From Chlamydiota bacterium (GTDB lineage Bacteria > Chlamydiota > Chlamydiia > Chlamydiales > JABDDJ01): 64,000 nt of DNA. Each line of letters opens with the position of its first letter. Positions within the stretch are counted from its first letter, which is position 1. The stretch lies in NCBI GenBank assembly GCA_013287645.1, contig JABDDJ010000004.1:1815-65814 (forward strand). Direction: 5' to 3'. A model generated the notes under the pieces. That model did not search any database, was not told the origin of the DNA, and saw only the letters and a list, made by a program, of their open reading frames with translations. This document shows positions 1 to 9,911 of the stretch, piece after piece. Position numbers and translations under genes: made by a program.

Positions 1-307
1 CGATTTCGAGCCGCAAAATGCGCAGTTCTTCGTGCAGTTTATCGAGTGTGTGGTTTTTGGTATTGATAGCGTCGACAAGGGAGTCTGCACGGTCGAAGGA
101 GTCGATCTCTTCTTGTTCTAGAACAGGGAGACGGCGTAGTATGCGTAAAGCATTACTTAGGTGCTCAAGGTCGGCAGGTAGTTCGCTTGTTTGTGTTTTG
201 GCAATGTCAATGAAGTGGATGAGGCCGAGTTCTTGTGCTTCTTTGAAGAAGGGTTCTTTTTCTTTGGTGTGGCCGATAAAAAGAAATTTTTTGACGTCTT
301 TACGCAT
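1..307 (-). CDS. atpI: V-type ATP synthase subunit I, 5' part (runs off the window edge)
   Basis: Not in the ORF track. ATG at 307 overlaps the atpD stop and reads MRKDVKKFLFIGHTKEKEPFFKEAQELGLIHFID..., open to the edge. Fits the chlamydial order E-DUF2764-A-B-D-I-K. Confidence 0.85.
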   Translation of the reverse strand, partial: MRKDVKKFLFIGHTKEKEPFFKEAQELGLIHFIDIAKTQTSELPADLEHLSNALRILRRLPVLEQEEIDSFDRADSLVDAINTKNHTLDKLHEELRILRLEI

Positions 308-923
308 AGGAGAGGCTCCTTGCGTGTTTGGCTACAATTTTTGATTTGGCAATTTTGGCTTGAGAGACAGCCGTGAGCTGTAGATCGCCTAAAAATACTT
401 TGATTTTTTTGATGTTGCGTTTTGCTCTGGGAATGAGGATTTTTTCGAAGAGGTTGACCCGGATCGAGACTTCACGCAGCTCTCGCTCCAGAGCGGCTTT
501 TTTTTCGCGACCGACTTCGACCGCAGCGCTGGCTTCGGCTAGCTTGCGTAGTCCACGGATGGAGCTGTCAGCCCAGGCGGGTGTATCAAATAGCGTGTAG
601 TTATAGGGTGCGAAGGTGATTCCATCGAAGTAGGGTACTTCGACACCGGCGATATTTTCAAAACGTTTGTTGATTTTTTCAATTTTGACCGCTTCAGGAA
701 ATTCGATGGTGCCGTGAGATGAGAAGAGTGCGGCATACTCTTCGACTTGCCGGTGCTGGACGCGGTATTGCTCTTGGAGTTTTTCTAGTTCTAGGCGTGC
801 TTCTTGGACTTGTGCTTGCAGCATGGCTTTTTTGAGCTGAAGGGTAGGCAGGTACTTGTCAAGCTGTGCTAGGCGCAGTTGCTGTACTCTTAGCTCATTT
901 TTTGTCAGTTTTATTTCTGCCAT
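300..923 (-). CDS. atpD: V-type ATP synthase subunit D
   Basis: 207 aa coiled coil with LPTLQLKKAML and RVNLFEKILIP motifs; operon position. Confidence 0.95.
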   Translation of the reverse strand: MAEIKLTKNELRVQQLRLAQLDKYLPTLQLKKAMLQAQVQEARLELEKLQEQYRVQHRQVEEYAALFSSHGTIEFPEAVKIEKINKRFENIAGVEVPYFDGITFAPYNYTLFDTPAWADSSIRGLRKLAEASAAVEVGREKKAALERELREVSIRVNLFEKILIPRAKRNIKKIKVFLGDLQLTAVSQAKIAKSKIVAKHARSLSYA

Positions 924-925
924 AA

Positions 926-2239
926 CTACCTTGTGGCGGCTGCAGTAGGCCAGTAGCGTTCTACCATAATTTGTTTAATTCCGACTTCGTTGGGCTCAAA
1001 GCATTCGGAGAGTATCTTCCAGCCTAGGTCGAGCGCTTCGTCGAGAGTGTAGTTTACTTCGAGATTCATCATTTTATCTTCAAAGAGTTTGCCATAGCGG
1101 AGAAGTTTTTCGTCCCACTTGTAAAGCTTGAATCCCATGCTTTGCCGTTCGCGTGCCTTTTTGGATTCAGCGTAGAGACGTATCATGGCATTGGCGAGGT
1201 CTCCATGGTCTTCGCGAGTGACCTTTCCGATAACAAGCTGCTTTAAACGAGATAGAGAGCCGAATGGGTCGATTTTGCCGTTATGGAGGTAAAACTGCCC
1301 TTCGGTGATATATCCTGTGTTGTCTGGAACGGGATGAGTGACGTCATCTCCAGGCATTGTTGTGACGGCGATGATGGTGATAGAGCCGCTCCCTTCGATC
1401 ATGACAGCCTTTTCGTAGCGAGAAGCCAGGTCGGAGTAAAGAGAGCCAGGGTAGCCACGATTGGAGGGTACTTGGTCCATGGTGATGCTGATCTCTTTGA
1501 TCGCATCTGCAAAGGCGGTCATATCGGTTAGTAGCACAAGGACGTTTTTGTCGTTGATGGCAAAGTGTTCAGCGCAGGCTAGGGCCATATCAGGCACGAG
1601 TAAGCACTCTACGACTGGGTCTGTGGCGCGGTGGATGAACATGACCGTTTTGTTCATGGAGCCAGACTGTTCAGCGTTGTCGATAAAGGCTTGGTAATCT
1701 GCGAAGGTGAGGCCCATTCCGGCAATGATAACCACATCGGCATCGGTCTGGTTGGCGATCCTCATGAGGAGTTCGTTGTAGGGTTCTCCTGGAACAGAAA
1801 AAATAGGAATTTTTTGAGATTTAACCAGGCAGTTGAACATATCGATCATGGGGATGTTGGTTGCAACCATTTCGCGAGGAATAATTCTGTTGATCGGATT
1901 AAAGGAGGCTCCGGCGATGTTGATCTGTTCGCCGATAATTTTGGGACCACCATCAATGGGACGGCCTGTCCCACCCATTCTTCTTCCAAGCAGTGCATCA
2001 CCATAGGTGGCTTGCATCTGACGGTTAAGAAAAGTTACTTGGTCATTAGTCGAGATGCCGCGTGTGCTTTGGAAAACTTGAAGTGTGACCTCTTCACCAT
2101 CGATCCGCAAAACGGAGGCGAAGACCTCGCGGCCATTACGTAGGGTAATGCGAGCTAGTTCACCTAAAGTCACTCCTTTGGCCATGAGAGTGATGAGGTT
2201 TCCACGCATTTTTAAGATTCTGTCATAGACTATTTTCAT
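926..2239 (-). CDS. atpB: V-type ATP synthase subunit B
   Basis: [25 protein letters not shown] and [11 protein letters not shown] motifs. Confidence 0.97.
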   Translation of the reverse strand: MKIVYDRILKMRGNLITLMAKGVTLGELARITLRNGREVFASVLRIDGEEVTLQVFQSTRGISTNDQVTFLNRQMQATYGDALLGRRMGGTGRPIDGGPKIIGEQINIAGASFNPINRIIPREMVATNIPMIDMFNCLVKSQKIPIFSVPGEPYNELLMRIANQTDADVVIIAGMGLTFADYQAFIDNAEQSGSMNKTVMFIHRATDPVVECLLVPDMALACAEHFAINDKNVLVLLTDMTAFADAIKEISITMDQVPSNRGYPGSLYSDLASRYEKAVMIEGSGSITIIAVTTMPGDDVTHPVPDNTGYITEGQFYLHNGKIDPFGSLSRLKQLVIGKVTREDHGDLANAMIRLYAESKKARERQSMGFKLYKWDEKLLRYGKLFEDKMMNLEVNYTLDEALDLGWKILSECFEPNEVGIKQIMVERYWPTAAATR

Positions 2240-2254
2240 AGTGGTCTCGTAATT

Positions 2255-2340
2255 AATTCAACGCAAAGTCGCAAAGGCGCAAAGAAATTTATTTAGTAAG
2301 TAAAATTTTTCTTTGCGTCTTTGCGCCTTTGCGTTTAATT
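2255..2340. repeat. REP-like palindrome, family A (inverted arrays of CGCAAAGN)
   Basis: aattcaacgcaaagtcgcaaaggcgcaaag ... ctttgcgtctttgcgcctttgcgtttaatt between atpA and atpB. Confidence 0.9.
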
Positions 2341-2342
2341 TT

Positions 2343-4124
2343 TTATTCTAGCATTGCCGTGATGTGTTGGTACTGTTCACGGTAAGTGTCACTCTTCCAA
2401 GCGATAAAGTTCATATTTTTGATCGCATTTTGCAACTTTAGGAAGTATTCTCGCGCCTGATCGTGCGTTTCAAATTGGAATGTATGTTCAAAAATACGGT
2501 CAATGATTTTAAAGAGTTCTATCTGTCTCTGTAATGGGCAGTAGGCGTCTTCTTTATCGAAAGCGTTCTGCTGGAGGTAGCTGAAGTCGTAGAGCTCTGC
2601 TTTGAGGTAGACAATAAAGTCTGAAAGGGCGGTACCCTCCTCCCCTACAACCTCCATGCGTTTGGCGATCTCGTTTCCTTTTCGGAGGATATCTGCAGCA
2701 CGCTGGACTTTTTGACCCCATCCCTTAAAGAGATGATCGAGTTCGTGGCCTACTCTCAGAGTATAGGAAGACCAGGAGATAAGTGGGTCAATGGAGGGAT
2801 AGCGTCGAGAGTCTGAACGTTCTCTCGATAGTCCCAAGAAGGCCCCTACGACTGATAATGTGGCCTGTGTGACGGGCTCTTCAAAGTTACCTCCAGCTGG
2901 CGAGACAGCTCCACCGATGGTGATAGAACCTGTTCGGCCATCGCGTAGGGAGATCACTCCAGACCGTTCGTAGAACTCGGCGATGCGCGATGCTAAATAG
3001 GCTGGAAAGGCCTCTTCGCCAGGAATTTCTTCAAGCCGGCCCGACATTTCGCGCATAGCCTGCGCCCATCTAGAGGTAGAGTCTGCCAGTAAAAGGACGT
3101 CTAGACCCATTTGTCGATAGTATTCGGCGATGGTAATACCCATATAGACCGAAGAGTCTCGCGCTGCCACAGGCATGGAGGAGGTATTGCAAATGATGAC
3201 GGTGCGCGCCATGAGTGATTTGTTGGTGTGTGGGTCGATCAGGTGCGGAAACTCGCGCAGTACTTCAACAACTTCACCAGCACGCTCACCACAGGCAACA
3301 ACGACGACGATATCTACATCGGAGTATTTGGAGAGGTGATGCTGGAGAACTGTTTTACCCGCTCCAAAGGGTCCTGGAGTACAGAATGTTCCTCCTTTCA
3401 TGATCGGGAATTGAGTGTCGAGGATGCGAAGGCCTGTGTCCATCATCTTGATGGGCTTTGTCTTTTCGCCCTCTTGCATGCTGTTTTTGATCGGCCAGCG
3501 CTGGACCATGGTAAAGGAGTGTTCATGGCCGGCTTCGTCGGTGGCTTTGGCTACAACAGTGTCGATGGTATAGGAGCCTGGCGCGACAACCCATGTAAGT
3601 TTGTAGGTTCCGTAGAGGCTGAAGGGAATCATGATGCGATGGTGAAAACGCCCTTCTAGGGTTGTTCCAATGGTATCTCCACGTCTTAGTTCTTCATCCA
3701 CCTTTGCTGTGGGCAGATAGTCCCAACGATGAGTGCGGTCTAAGGGAGGAAGGTAGATGCCTCGTGGCAGGAAAAACCCGGCTTTTTCAGCAACCTCTTC
3801 AAGAGGGTTTTGCAGGCCGTCGAGAATGGAGCTAAGAAGTCCTGGGCCTAGTTCAGCCTCGAGAAGTTCTCCAGTGAAGTGAACAGGCGTGCCAAAACCT
3901 ACTCCACGGGTGTCTTCGAACACTTGTATCTTAGCGAAATTACCTGTGATTTCAATGACTTCCGCTTTGAGTTGGAGGCCGTCAACCTCGACCATAGCGA
4001 CTTCGCCTTGGCGGATATTGTCTTCAAATTCAACCAAAAGAAGGTTTCCGAATGCAGTGACTACCCTGCCTTTAGCATGGGAGTGTTTCTCTATATCTGA
4101 GTGTTCTTCAATGGCTTGTTTCAT
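2343..4124 (-). CDS. atpA: V-type ATP synthase subunit A
   Basis: Walker A GPFGAGKT, CGERAGE, ADSTSRWAQA and PGEEAFPAYL motifs. Confidence 0.97.
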   Translation of the reverse strand: MKQAIEEHSDIEKHSHAKGRVVTAFGNLLLVEFEDNIRQGEVAMVEVDGLQLKAEVIEITGNFAKIQVFEDTRGVGFGTPVHFTGELLEAELGPGLLSSILDGLQNPLEEVAEKAGFFLPRGIYLPPLDRTHRWDYLPTAKVDEELRRGDTIGTTLEGRFHHRIMIPFSLYGTYKLTWVVAPGSYTIDTVVAKATDEAGHEHSFTMVQRWPIKNSMQEGEKTKPIKMMDTGLRILDTQFPIMKGGTFCTPGPFGAGKTVLQHHLSKYSDVDIVVVVACGERAGEVVEVLREFPHLIDPHTNKSLMARTVIICNTSSMPVAARDSSVYMGITIAEYYRQMGLDVLLLADSTSRWAQAMREMSGRLEEIPGEEAFPAYLASRIAEFYERSGVISLRDGRTGSITIGGAVSPAGGNFEEPVTQATLSVVGAFLGLSRERSDSRRYPSIDPLISWSSYTLRVGHELDHLFKGWGQKVQRAADILRKGNEIAKRMEVVGEEGTALSDFIVYLKAELYDFSYLQQNAFDKEDAYCPLQRQIELFKIIDRIFEHTFQFETHDQAREYFLKLQNAIKNMNFIAWKSDTYREQYQHITAMLE

Positions 4125-4900
4125 AGAGGTTCCTTCACAAGTGTGTCGACAAATTCTAGGCCTTTTTGTTTATCAAGCTCAAACCATTTTTCTAGGGCAC
4201 TGAGCTGTGCCATGTAGCCGAGAATGCGATCGATGGAAAATAGGTCGACGCCTAGAATATCCTCAATCCTATAGAAATTCCAGTTTAAGAGTGCTTGCAT
4301 AAGCCCTAGAGGGTTATCTTTATGTTCTTCGTAGAGTGTTTTTAAGTCTTCAAAGCCATCTGGTGGTTCGATGGAAGAGGCATCTTTCTGAACAATGAGT
4401 TGTGCAACGATAGGGTCGTTGGGGTCTTCGAATTGAAGCTCTTTCAGAAGGTCGCGTCCGAGATCTTTAGCTCTGAGCGCAGCGAGGATGAGGCGCCAAT
4501 GGTGGTTAAATTCTAGAAATTCGTGTAAAAATCCTTTTGCATTAGCGCTTTCATGTTTGAAGTATGCAGAAAAAAGTTCGGAGAAGTTTTGAAGACGTTC
4601 TTGGGCAGAGTCATATTTGTGAAGAAAATCAAAAATATATTGAGGAACGCCATTAAAGCCATGCAGGGCTTCATCCAGCTGCTGCTGAGTCATATTTCCA
4701 TGAGATTGAAAAGGATCGCCTTTGAGCATGCAGCGGATGTTAAGCACATCGTAGAAGCGGCGTAAGATTTTGACTTTTTCCAAATCTTTTGAGGACAGGT
4801 TGACCTCGAGCAAAAACATGAGCTCATCAAAAGAGATCTCGGGCGGTGTCCCCATTTGCAAAGGGGGCAGCGCTGTAGCGACAAAGTAGTAGCGAGCCAT
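4121..4900 (-). CDS. DUF2764 family protein (chlamydial V-ATPase-associated, subunit C-like)
   Basis: MxxYYFVxxxLPPL N-terminus; sits between subunits E and A as in Chlamydiae. Confidence 0.8.
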   Translation of the reverse strand: MARYYFVATALPPLQMGTPPEISFDELMFLLEVNLSSKDLEKVKILRRFYDVLNIRCMLKGDPFQSHGNMTQQQLDEALHGFNGVPQYIFDFLHKYDSAQERLQNFSELFSAYFKHESANAKGFLHEFLEFNHHWRLILAALRAKDLGRDLLKELQFEDPNDPIVAQLIVQKDASSIEPPDGFEDLKTLYEEHKDNPLGLMQALLNWNFYRIEDILGVDLFSIDRILGYMAQLSALEKWFELDKQKGLEFVDTLVKEPL

Positions 4901-4913
4901 GGGCTATACTAAC

Positions 4914-5549
4914 CTAGTTAGCAAAAATTAACGAACGGAACTCTTTTTGGAGGAATTCGGCAAGGATGTTTTTAGCGTCGTCTAGAGTTAAAGAGACGCT
5001 CATATTTTTGTCCTTTAAGCTTACTTTAGCTCCTCCAGCAAAACTGCCTACCTCTATCGAATGTTTTTTAAGTCTATCAAGAATGCGAGAGGCAATCAGT
5101 TTGTTGACCTCTTCAGGGTTAATATTTTTTGCTGCTTCAGCACGAAGGTCAACGGCAAGACCGTCTTTATCAATGGCTTTAATCAGTGCTTCAATGATAT
5201 GTACGATCATCATGGGGTCTGACATAGGACCTTGCAGAAGCTGATAGAGCTCATCATTAAAAATTTTTGTTTCAAGCTGTTGCTTAAAGTTCTCAACAGC
5301 TTGCTTTGTAGCTTGAAGCAGAGAGGATTCGAACACATTGTGTTCTTGCTCAATTTGAGCACGGCCCTCTTCGATGAGGCGCTCTTTTTCTTTGCGCCCC
5401 TCGTTAATGAGATCTTGCTTTTGCTTTTCGCCCTCTTCACGTAGACGTTGAGCTTCTTGCTTAGCAGGTTCTAAGGTATCTTTACGGATGGCATCACAAA
5501 TTCTCTGGATGCGAGTTTTACCATCTTCAAGAGTCTTCATAAATGCCAC
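4914..5549 (-). CDS. atpE: V-type ATP synthase subunit E
   Basis: KIQxICDxxRxxTLEPAK-like N-terminal coiled coil; first gene of the operon. Start could be ATG 5540. Confidence 0.88.
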   Translation of the reverse strand: MAFMKTLEDGKTRIQRICDAIRKDTLEPAKQEAQRLREEGEKQKQDLINEGRKEKERLIEEGRAQIEQEHNVFESSLLQATKQAVENFKQQLETKIFNDELYQLLQGPMSDPMMIVHIIEALIKAIDKDGLAVDLRAEAAKNINPEEVNKLIASRILDRLKKHSIEVGSFAGGAKVSLKDKNMSVSLTLDDAKNILAEFLQKEFRSLIFAN

Positions 5550-5562
5550 CCCTTAGAAACTA

Positions 5563-6276
5563 TTAAAACCAGTAGACAAATCCAACTTTAGCACCATAAC
5601 CGCGAAGGCCATGTTTTTCTTTGCTTAAGGTGTTGTTATACCCTAAACCTGCATTGATTGACATTGTTTTTGTAATATCTTTTTCCAATGTGAGGCCGTA
5701 GGCGAAACCTTCCGATTTGCTGCGGTTATTATCGACAAAATTGCCGATTGTTGTGCGCGTATGGGCCCAGCCGTATTGAATAGTGCCGAGGATGCGCCAG
5801 CTTTCACATAGAGTATAGGAAACATCAAGTCCGACTAAAGGACTGTAAGATTTATATGTATGCCTGGAGCCCTCTTCAAGAAGAAGGCCAAATTCTGGGT
5901 GGAAAAAATCAAAGGAGGTGCGTAAGTAGGTATAGGAGATTCCGCCGAAAGGAGTAAATATCAGTTCTTTAGAGACAGGTAGGGTGTATCCAAATCCAGC
6001 GCTGGCACTACCGAAAGTACCGTTTCCGAAAGAACCCATGAGTGTTGATTTGAGTGTCCAACCCCCGCAGAAAACATAGGTGCCATCTAAGCGAGCGCCA
6101 CCCATATTGACCTTGTGTACAGTGCGTCCATTTTCGAGTACATCCATATGGATATAGATAGGAGCGGCGTCAATTTTTCCAATGGTAGGGACATCGGGAA
6201 GTTCCCAAGCGAAGGCATTACATAAGGGCAAAAGAGCAATAAAAGTACATAGCCAAGATTTAAATAAACGAGACAT
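5563..6276 (-). CDS. Outer-membrane beta-barrel protein
   Basis: Signal peptide ending AFA, alternating aromatic/Gly strands, C-terminal beta-signal KVGFVYWF. Confidence 0.75.
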   Translation of the reverse strand: MSRLFKSWLCTFIALLPLCNAFAWELPDVPTIGKIDAAPIYIHMDVLENGRTVHKVNMGGARLDGTYVFCGGWTLKSTLMGSFGNGTFGSASAGFGYTLPVSKELIFTPFGGISYTYLRTSFDFFHPEFGLLLEEGSRHTYKSYSPLVGLDVSYTLCESWRILGTIQYGWAHTRTTIGNFVDNNRSKSEGFAYGLTLEKDITKTMSINAGLGYNNTLSKEKHGLRGYGAKVGFVYWF

Positions 6277-6295
6277 TAGGACTCCTTAGTATATA

Positions 6296-7147
6296 TTAAA
6301 TAGCTTCATCAAGAGATTTTTTTGATTCAAGCAGTTGAGTGGCTTCTTGGTCATTGAGCCACTGCTGCTGATCAACAAGATATTCGTATTGAATTTCAGC
6401 GATATTAAGGTCGATAGTATCATTATAGAGTTGAGATTCTTCGTAGTGAATTCCAAGAACAGGGATCTTTAGTTTGTTGAGTTCTTTTTCTACAGAACGT
6501 AGATTATTTAGAAGATCATCGACGAAGATGACCAGGTCTGGCTGCCAATCATAGTGTTTTAAAAGAGTGGCGAGAGCTTCTCCTTTAGAGTAGTCGTGGC
6601 TGTAGAGCGTTCCTGCATAGAACATGGGAGATGAGTCAGGAATGTGGTTAAGCTCTGTGAGATGTATGTTTGGATAGTATTGCTTGATGGGAGAAAAGTC
6701 GATTCCAAAGCTTTTGAGCGTTGTATGGCGCGCTCTTGGAAAGGATTTGAACACGCCCATTCTTCCCGGAGGAGCGGCAGTATGCCCCATGACGAAGGGA
6801 GTTTTAGCTTGCAGGTCGGCGATGATAGAAGGCCATGTATATTCGACTAATTGAGTGCGGGCATTGAGTTCAACAAGGCTGACAAGGTAGAGAATGTGGT
6901 CAAATTGAAACTTTTGGACCAAGCGAAAGTAGTAGAAAGTGCGGTGGTCGTTTCCGATCGGGCGTAGGATCTTGTCTGATTTTGTGATAAGAGTGTCATC
7001 GATATCAAAGATGACAAGAGTGTTGGGTGTGATCTTGTCGAAAAAAGGCAAAACTTCGCTGGTATTTGCACAGTGGTGGATTTCTGCTCCTAAGTGACTG
7101 ATTATTATACTAAAGAAAGTACATAGGATAGTAAGCCTGCGCCTCAT
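6296..7147 (-). CDS. DUF2608-like exported HAD-superfamily protein
   Basis: FDIDDTL (HAD motif I), SKG and IFVDD motifs. Likely start ATG 7147 gives the signal peptide MRRRLTILCTFFSIIISHLGA. Confidence 0.75.
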   Translation of the reverse strand: MRRRLTILCTFFSIIISHLGAEIHHCANTSEVLPFFDKITPNTLVIFDIDDTLITKSDKILRPIGNDHRTFYYFRLVQKFQFDHILYLVSLVELNARTQLVEYTWPSIIADLQAKTPFVMGHTAAPPGRMGVFKSFPRARHTTLKSFGIDFSPIKQYYPNIHLTELNHIPDSSPMFYAGTLYSHDYSKGEALATLLKHYDWQPDLVIFVDDLLNNLRSVEKELNKLKIPVLGIHYEESQLYNDTIDLNIAEIQYEYLVDQQQWLNDQEATQLLESKKSLDEAI

Positions 7148-7257
7148 ATAGCATTCCCCTCGTTTATATTGATCTAAGATGGCATGGATAATAGCAAAAT
7201 CGGACAAAAAGAAAAAGGATTATGTTAGTCACCTTACGCAAAACTTACTTAACCTTT

Positions 7258-7278
7258 ATTAAACGCAAAGGCGCAAAG
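7258..7278. repeat. Half copy of family A REP-like element
   Basis: attaaacgcaaaggcgcaaag without the opposing arm. Confidence 0.7.
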
Positions 7279-7293
7279 GTTAAATAAGGTGTG

Positions 7294-8121
7294 TTAGGAG
7301 TTAGGCTTGGAAGTTAGGGTCTTTTTTAATTTCTCCCAAATATTTTGGATTTTTGCGAGACCTTGAATACCTAGATTATTTTTACTACAACCCCAAAGAA
7401 GTAAAGATTCCTTACCATCAATAAAGCGTTTGGTAAACTCCTCTAATGTTAGTGAGGCGTCAAATTGCTTTATCACTTGGAAGGTCATTGTTTGAAGACC
7501 CAAGATTGCAATATCAGTTGGTATATTTGGACCTTCAAGTTGAATAAGTTTTGTGTTTATTTTTTCTAAAGGTGTTGAGCAAATATTGCTGCAGAACCAG
7601 TTCTTTAATCTTTCCCAAACAGTTAAAACTCTGTCTTTTTTCTTTTCTTCACTGCGTTCAACCATTTTCTTAACATTCATGAATATGGATTGTAGGTGTG
7701 TTCCTTCATCTCTCAAAGGCCTTAATTGATCTTTTAATTCGGTTACAAGTAAGTCCTCTGATTTGGAGAAAAGATTGGCCATTGTAACTGTCGATTCAAC
7801 TATCGCTGGAATTTTTTTGGATAATAAAGAAACTTCATAATTCTTTTTAAAAGCTGAAAATGGGTGGACTATAATATTCAATTTATTAAATTCGAATGGA
7901 GAAATACTCACTTCATCTACTAATTGGTTAGAAATAGAGATGATATTGGAAAGTGAGATTTTGGAGATTTTGCCGTTGGAAGCATCAATTTCAGCTTGAG
8001 TATGCACAGTGATGTTATTGTCTTCTTTGCATATCCATGAGTGGGGTTCTGAGTCTGTAACAGGTTTAGTTCCTTCTAGGATGTTATGCCACTGTGATAT
8101 AGTTACACTTTCAATTCCCAT
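7294..8121 (-). CDS. Hypothetical protein, AT-rich, candidate secreted effector
   Basis: 275 aa ORF, visibly more AT-rich than its neighbours, own AT-rich upstream region, no recognised domain. Confidence 0.65.
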   Translation of the reverse strand: MGIESVTISQWHNILEGTKPVTDSEPHSWICKEDNNITVHTQAEIDASNGKISKISLSNIISISNQLVDEVSISPFEFNKLNIIVHPFSAFKKNYEVSLLSKKIPAIVESTVTMANLFSKSEDLLVTELKDQLRPLRDEGTHLQSIFMNVKKMVERSEEKKKDRVLTVWERLKNWFCSNICSTPLEKINTKLIQLEGPNIPTDIAILGLQTMTFQVIKQFDASLTLEEFTKRFIDGKESLLLWGCSKNNLGIQGLAKIQNIWEKLKKTLTSKPNS

Positions 8122-8190
8122 TTTATTACCTCATAATATATAAATAAAAATATTTTACAGAATTAATATATTTTATGCAACTAATGAGTT

Positions 8191-9795
8191 TTATGTAAGT
8201 CGATGGATGCCGATGAGATTGATGGCTTGCCGTTGCCAAAGGTCGAGGTTTTGGGTTTTTGCTCGACGGTAGGCATTTTCGAGCTGTTTTTGCATGGGGG
8301 TGTGGAAGCGGTCGAGGAAGGGCTGGACCCACCAGGGTTCTTTAAAGAATTCGGGTTGATTGAATGGTGGATCGAGTCCGTAGGTGTGGGAAAAGAGTAG
8401 GAGGGTGTCGCCGATAATCCAGGGTCTTTTTTCGAAGTGAATATCGTGGTTGACTTCAATGCTAATGGGAGAAGCTTTGGGAGTTAGCACTTCAAAAGAT
8501 TCGTTCTCTTTTTTGAGTAGAAGTAGGTCACCGTAACCGCAAGAGTAGTACATGAGCTGGTTTAGGCTGGGCTGTAGGACTAGACAAGAGAAGGCGAAGA
8601 GTGAATCCATGGAATCTTTAATGAGGAGTTGTTGATAGTCGAGGATGAAGCTTTTAGGGGTAGATACTTTGGAGCTTTGCAAGCCTTTGGCCATTCCGCG
8701 CATGACGGAAGTGTAAAGAATTCCTTTAACTCCTTCGGCGATCGCTTCGCCATTGATGATGACAAAGCTTCCATCAGCTAATGTAAAAAATTCGTAGAAT
8801 CCTCCTGAGAGGTTACGCACTTTGTGCGTAAGGATGCCGCATTCGACTTCTGGCCATAGGGGAGGAGGAGGAAGTAGGCTTTTGTAGGCTTCTTTTACGT
8901 TTTCGGCTATTTCGCTGAGGTAGTCTCCAGCGAGTTTTTCTTTTTGTAGGTTGCTGGAGTGTAGGTAGGAGGAGATGTCGGTGATAAAGTCGACGATGTC
9001 TTGGTAGCGGTCTTCTGGTTTGGGTTGCAGCGATTTGGCTAGGATTTTTTGGATGCCTTTTGGTAATAGGGAGAGGTGGATTTGTCCTAGGCTGAGTTTT
9101 CCTTGAATGAGTTCGAAGGATATGATTCCTAGGGAATAGATGTCAGAGGGGTAGCCGACAGATTCGGGGTTGTCGCGTTGCTCAGGACTCATGTAGATGG
9201 GTGTCCCAATTAGCCCTTGCCGCACTTTCAAGGCCTCTTCACTGGTTTCTGTGAGCAGTTGTGCGATGCCGAAGTCGATGACTTTGAGGATGCCTGCGTC
9301 GGAGACGAGGATATTTTCCGGCTTTAGGTCTCTGTGTATTACTCCGTGCGTGTGGAGATGGCAGAGGGCATAGGCGATGTCGATGATCATCTCTAGAGCG
9401 CGCCTGAGAGACATAGGTGTCTGGAGGATGTGCTGACGCAGGGATATTCCTTGAATAAATTCCATGGCAATGTAGAGACCACCTTCCCATTCACCATGTC
9501 CATAGAGTTTGACGATATTGGGATGGTCAGCCATGGCGATGATTTCGGCTTCATTGAGAAAGCGGCGGACTATATCTGGATTGGAGAGGTATTTGGGAGA
9601 GAGTACTTTAATTGTGGTTGGTTCTTTGGTCTCTGGGTGGGTGCCTAGGTAGAGGATGCTCATGCCTCCTTTTTCAAGGAGGCTTTCGATCTTGTAGGGG
9701 CCGATGTAATCAGGGATTTTGATAGGTTCTAATGGCTTTTCAGTAGGGGTAAGATTGGGTTGGGTGGTTTGTTTGTGAAAATCCTGCGGCGCCAC
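8191..9795 (-). CDS. pkn5: T3SS-associated Ser/Thr kinase (Pkn5/CT673 position) with C-terminal degenerate PP2C/SpoIIE-like domain
   Basis: GGMS loop, TIK, HRDLKPEN, DFG and GTPIYMSPEQ motifs; follows cdsQ as in Chlamydia. Confidence 0.88.
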   Translation of the reverse strand: MAPQDFHKQTTQPNLTPTEKPLEPIKIPDYIGPYKIESLLEKGGMSILYLGTHPETKEPTTIKVLSPKYLSNPDIVRRFLNEAEIIAMADHPNIVKLYGHGEWEGGLYIAMEFIQGISLRQHILQTPMSLRRALEMIIDIAYALCHLHTHGVIHRDLKPENILVSDAGILKVIDFGIAQLLTETSEEALKVRQGLIGTPIYMSPEQRDNPESVGYPSDIYSLGIISFELIQGKLSLGQIHLSLLPKGIQKILAKSLQPKPEDRYQDIVDFITDISSYLHSSNLQKEKLAGDYLSEIAENVKEAYKSLLPPPPLWPEVECGILTHKVRNLSGGFYEFFTLADGSFVIINGEAIAEGVKGILYTSVMRGMAKGLQSSKVSTPKSFILDYQQLLIKDSMDSLFAFSCLVLQPSLNQLMYYSCGYGDLLLLKKENESFEVLTPKASPISIEVNHDIHFEKRPWIIGDTLLLFSHTYGLDPPFNQPEFFKEPWWVQPFLDRFHTPMQKQLENAYRRAKTQNLDLWQRQAINLIGIHRLT

Positions 9796-9810
9796 TCTTA
9801 ACCTCTAACC

Positions 9811-9905
9811 AATTTTCATGCCCTTGCCCTTGCCCGTGCCCGTGCCCGAAAAACAGAAATTGGGCAAGGGCAGGGGTAAGGGCAGGGGCAAGGGTGGGGA
9901 AAATT
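9811..9905. repeat. REP-like palindrome, family B (inverted arrays of GCCC(T/G)T hexamers)
   Basis: tgcccttgcccttgcccgtgcccgtgcccg aaaaacagaaatt gggcaagggcaggggtaagggcaggggcaaggg. Confidence 0.85.
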
Positions 9906-9911
9906 TTGCAT

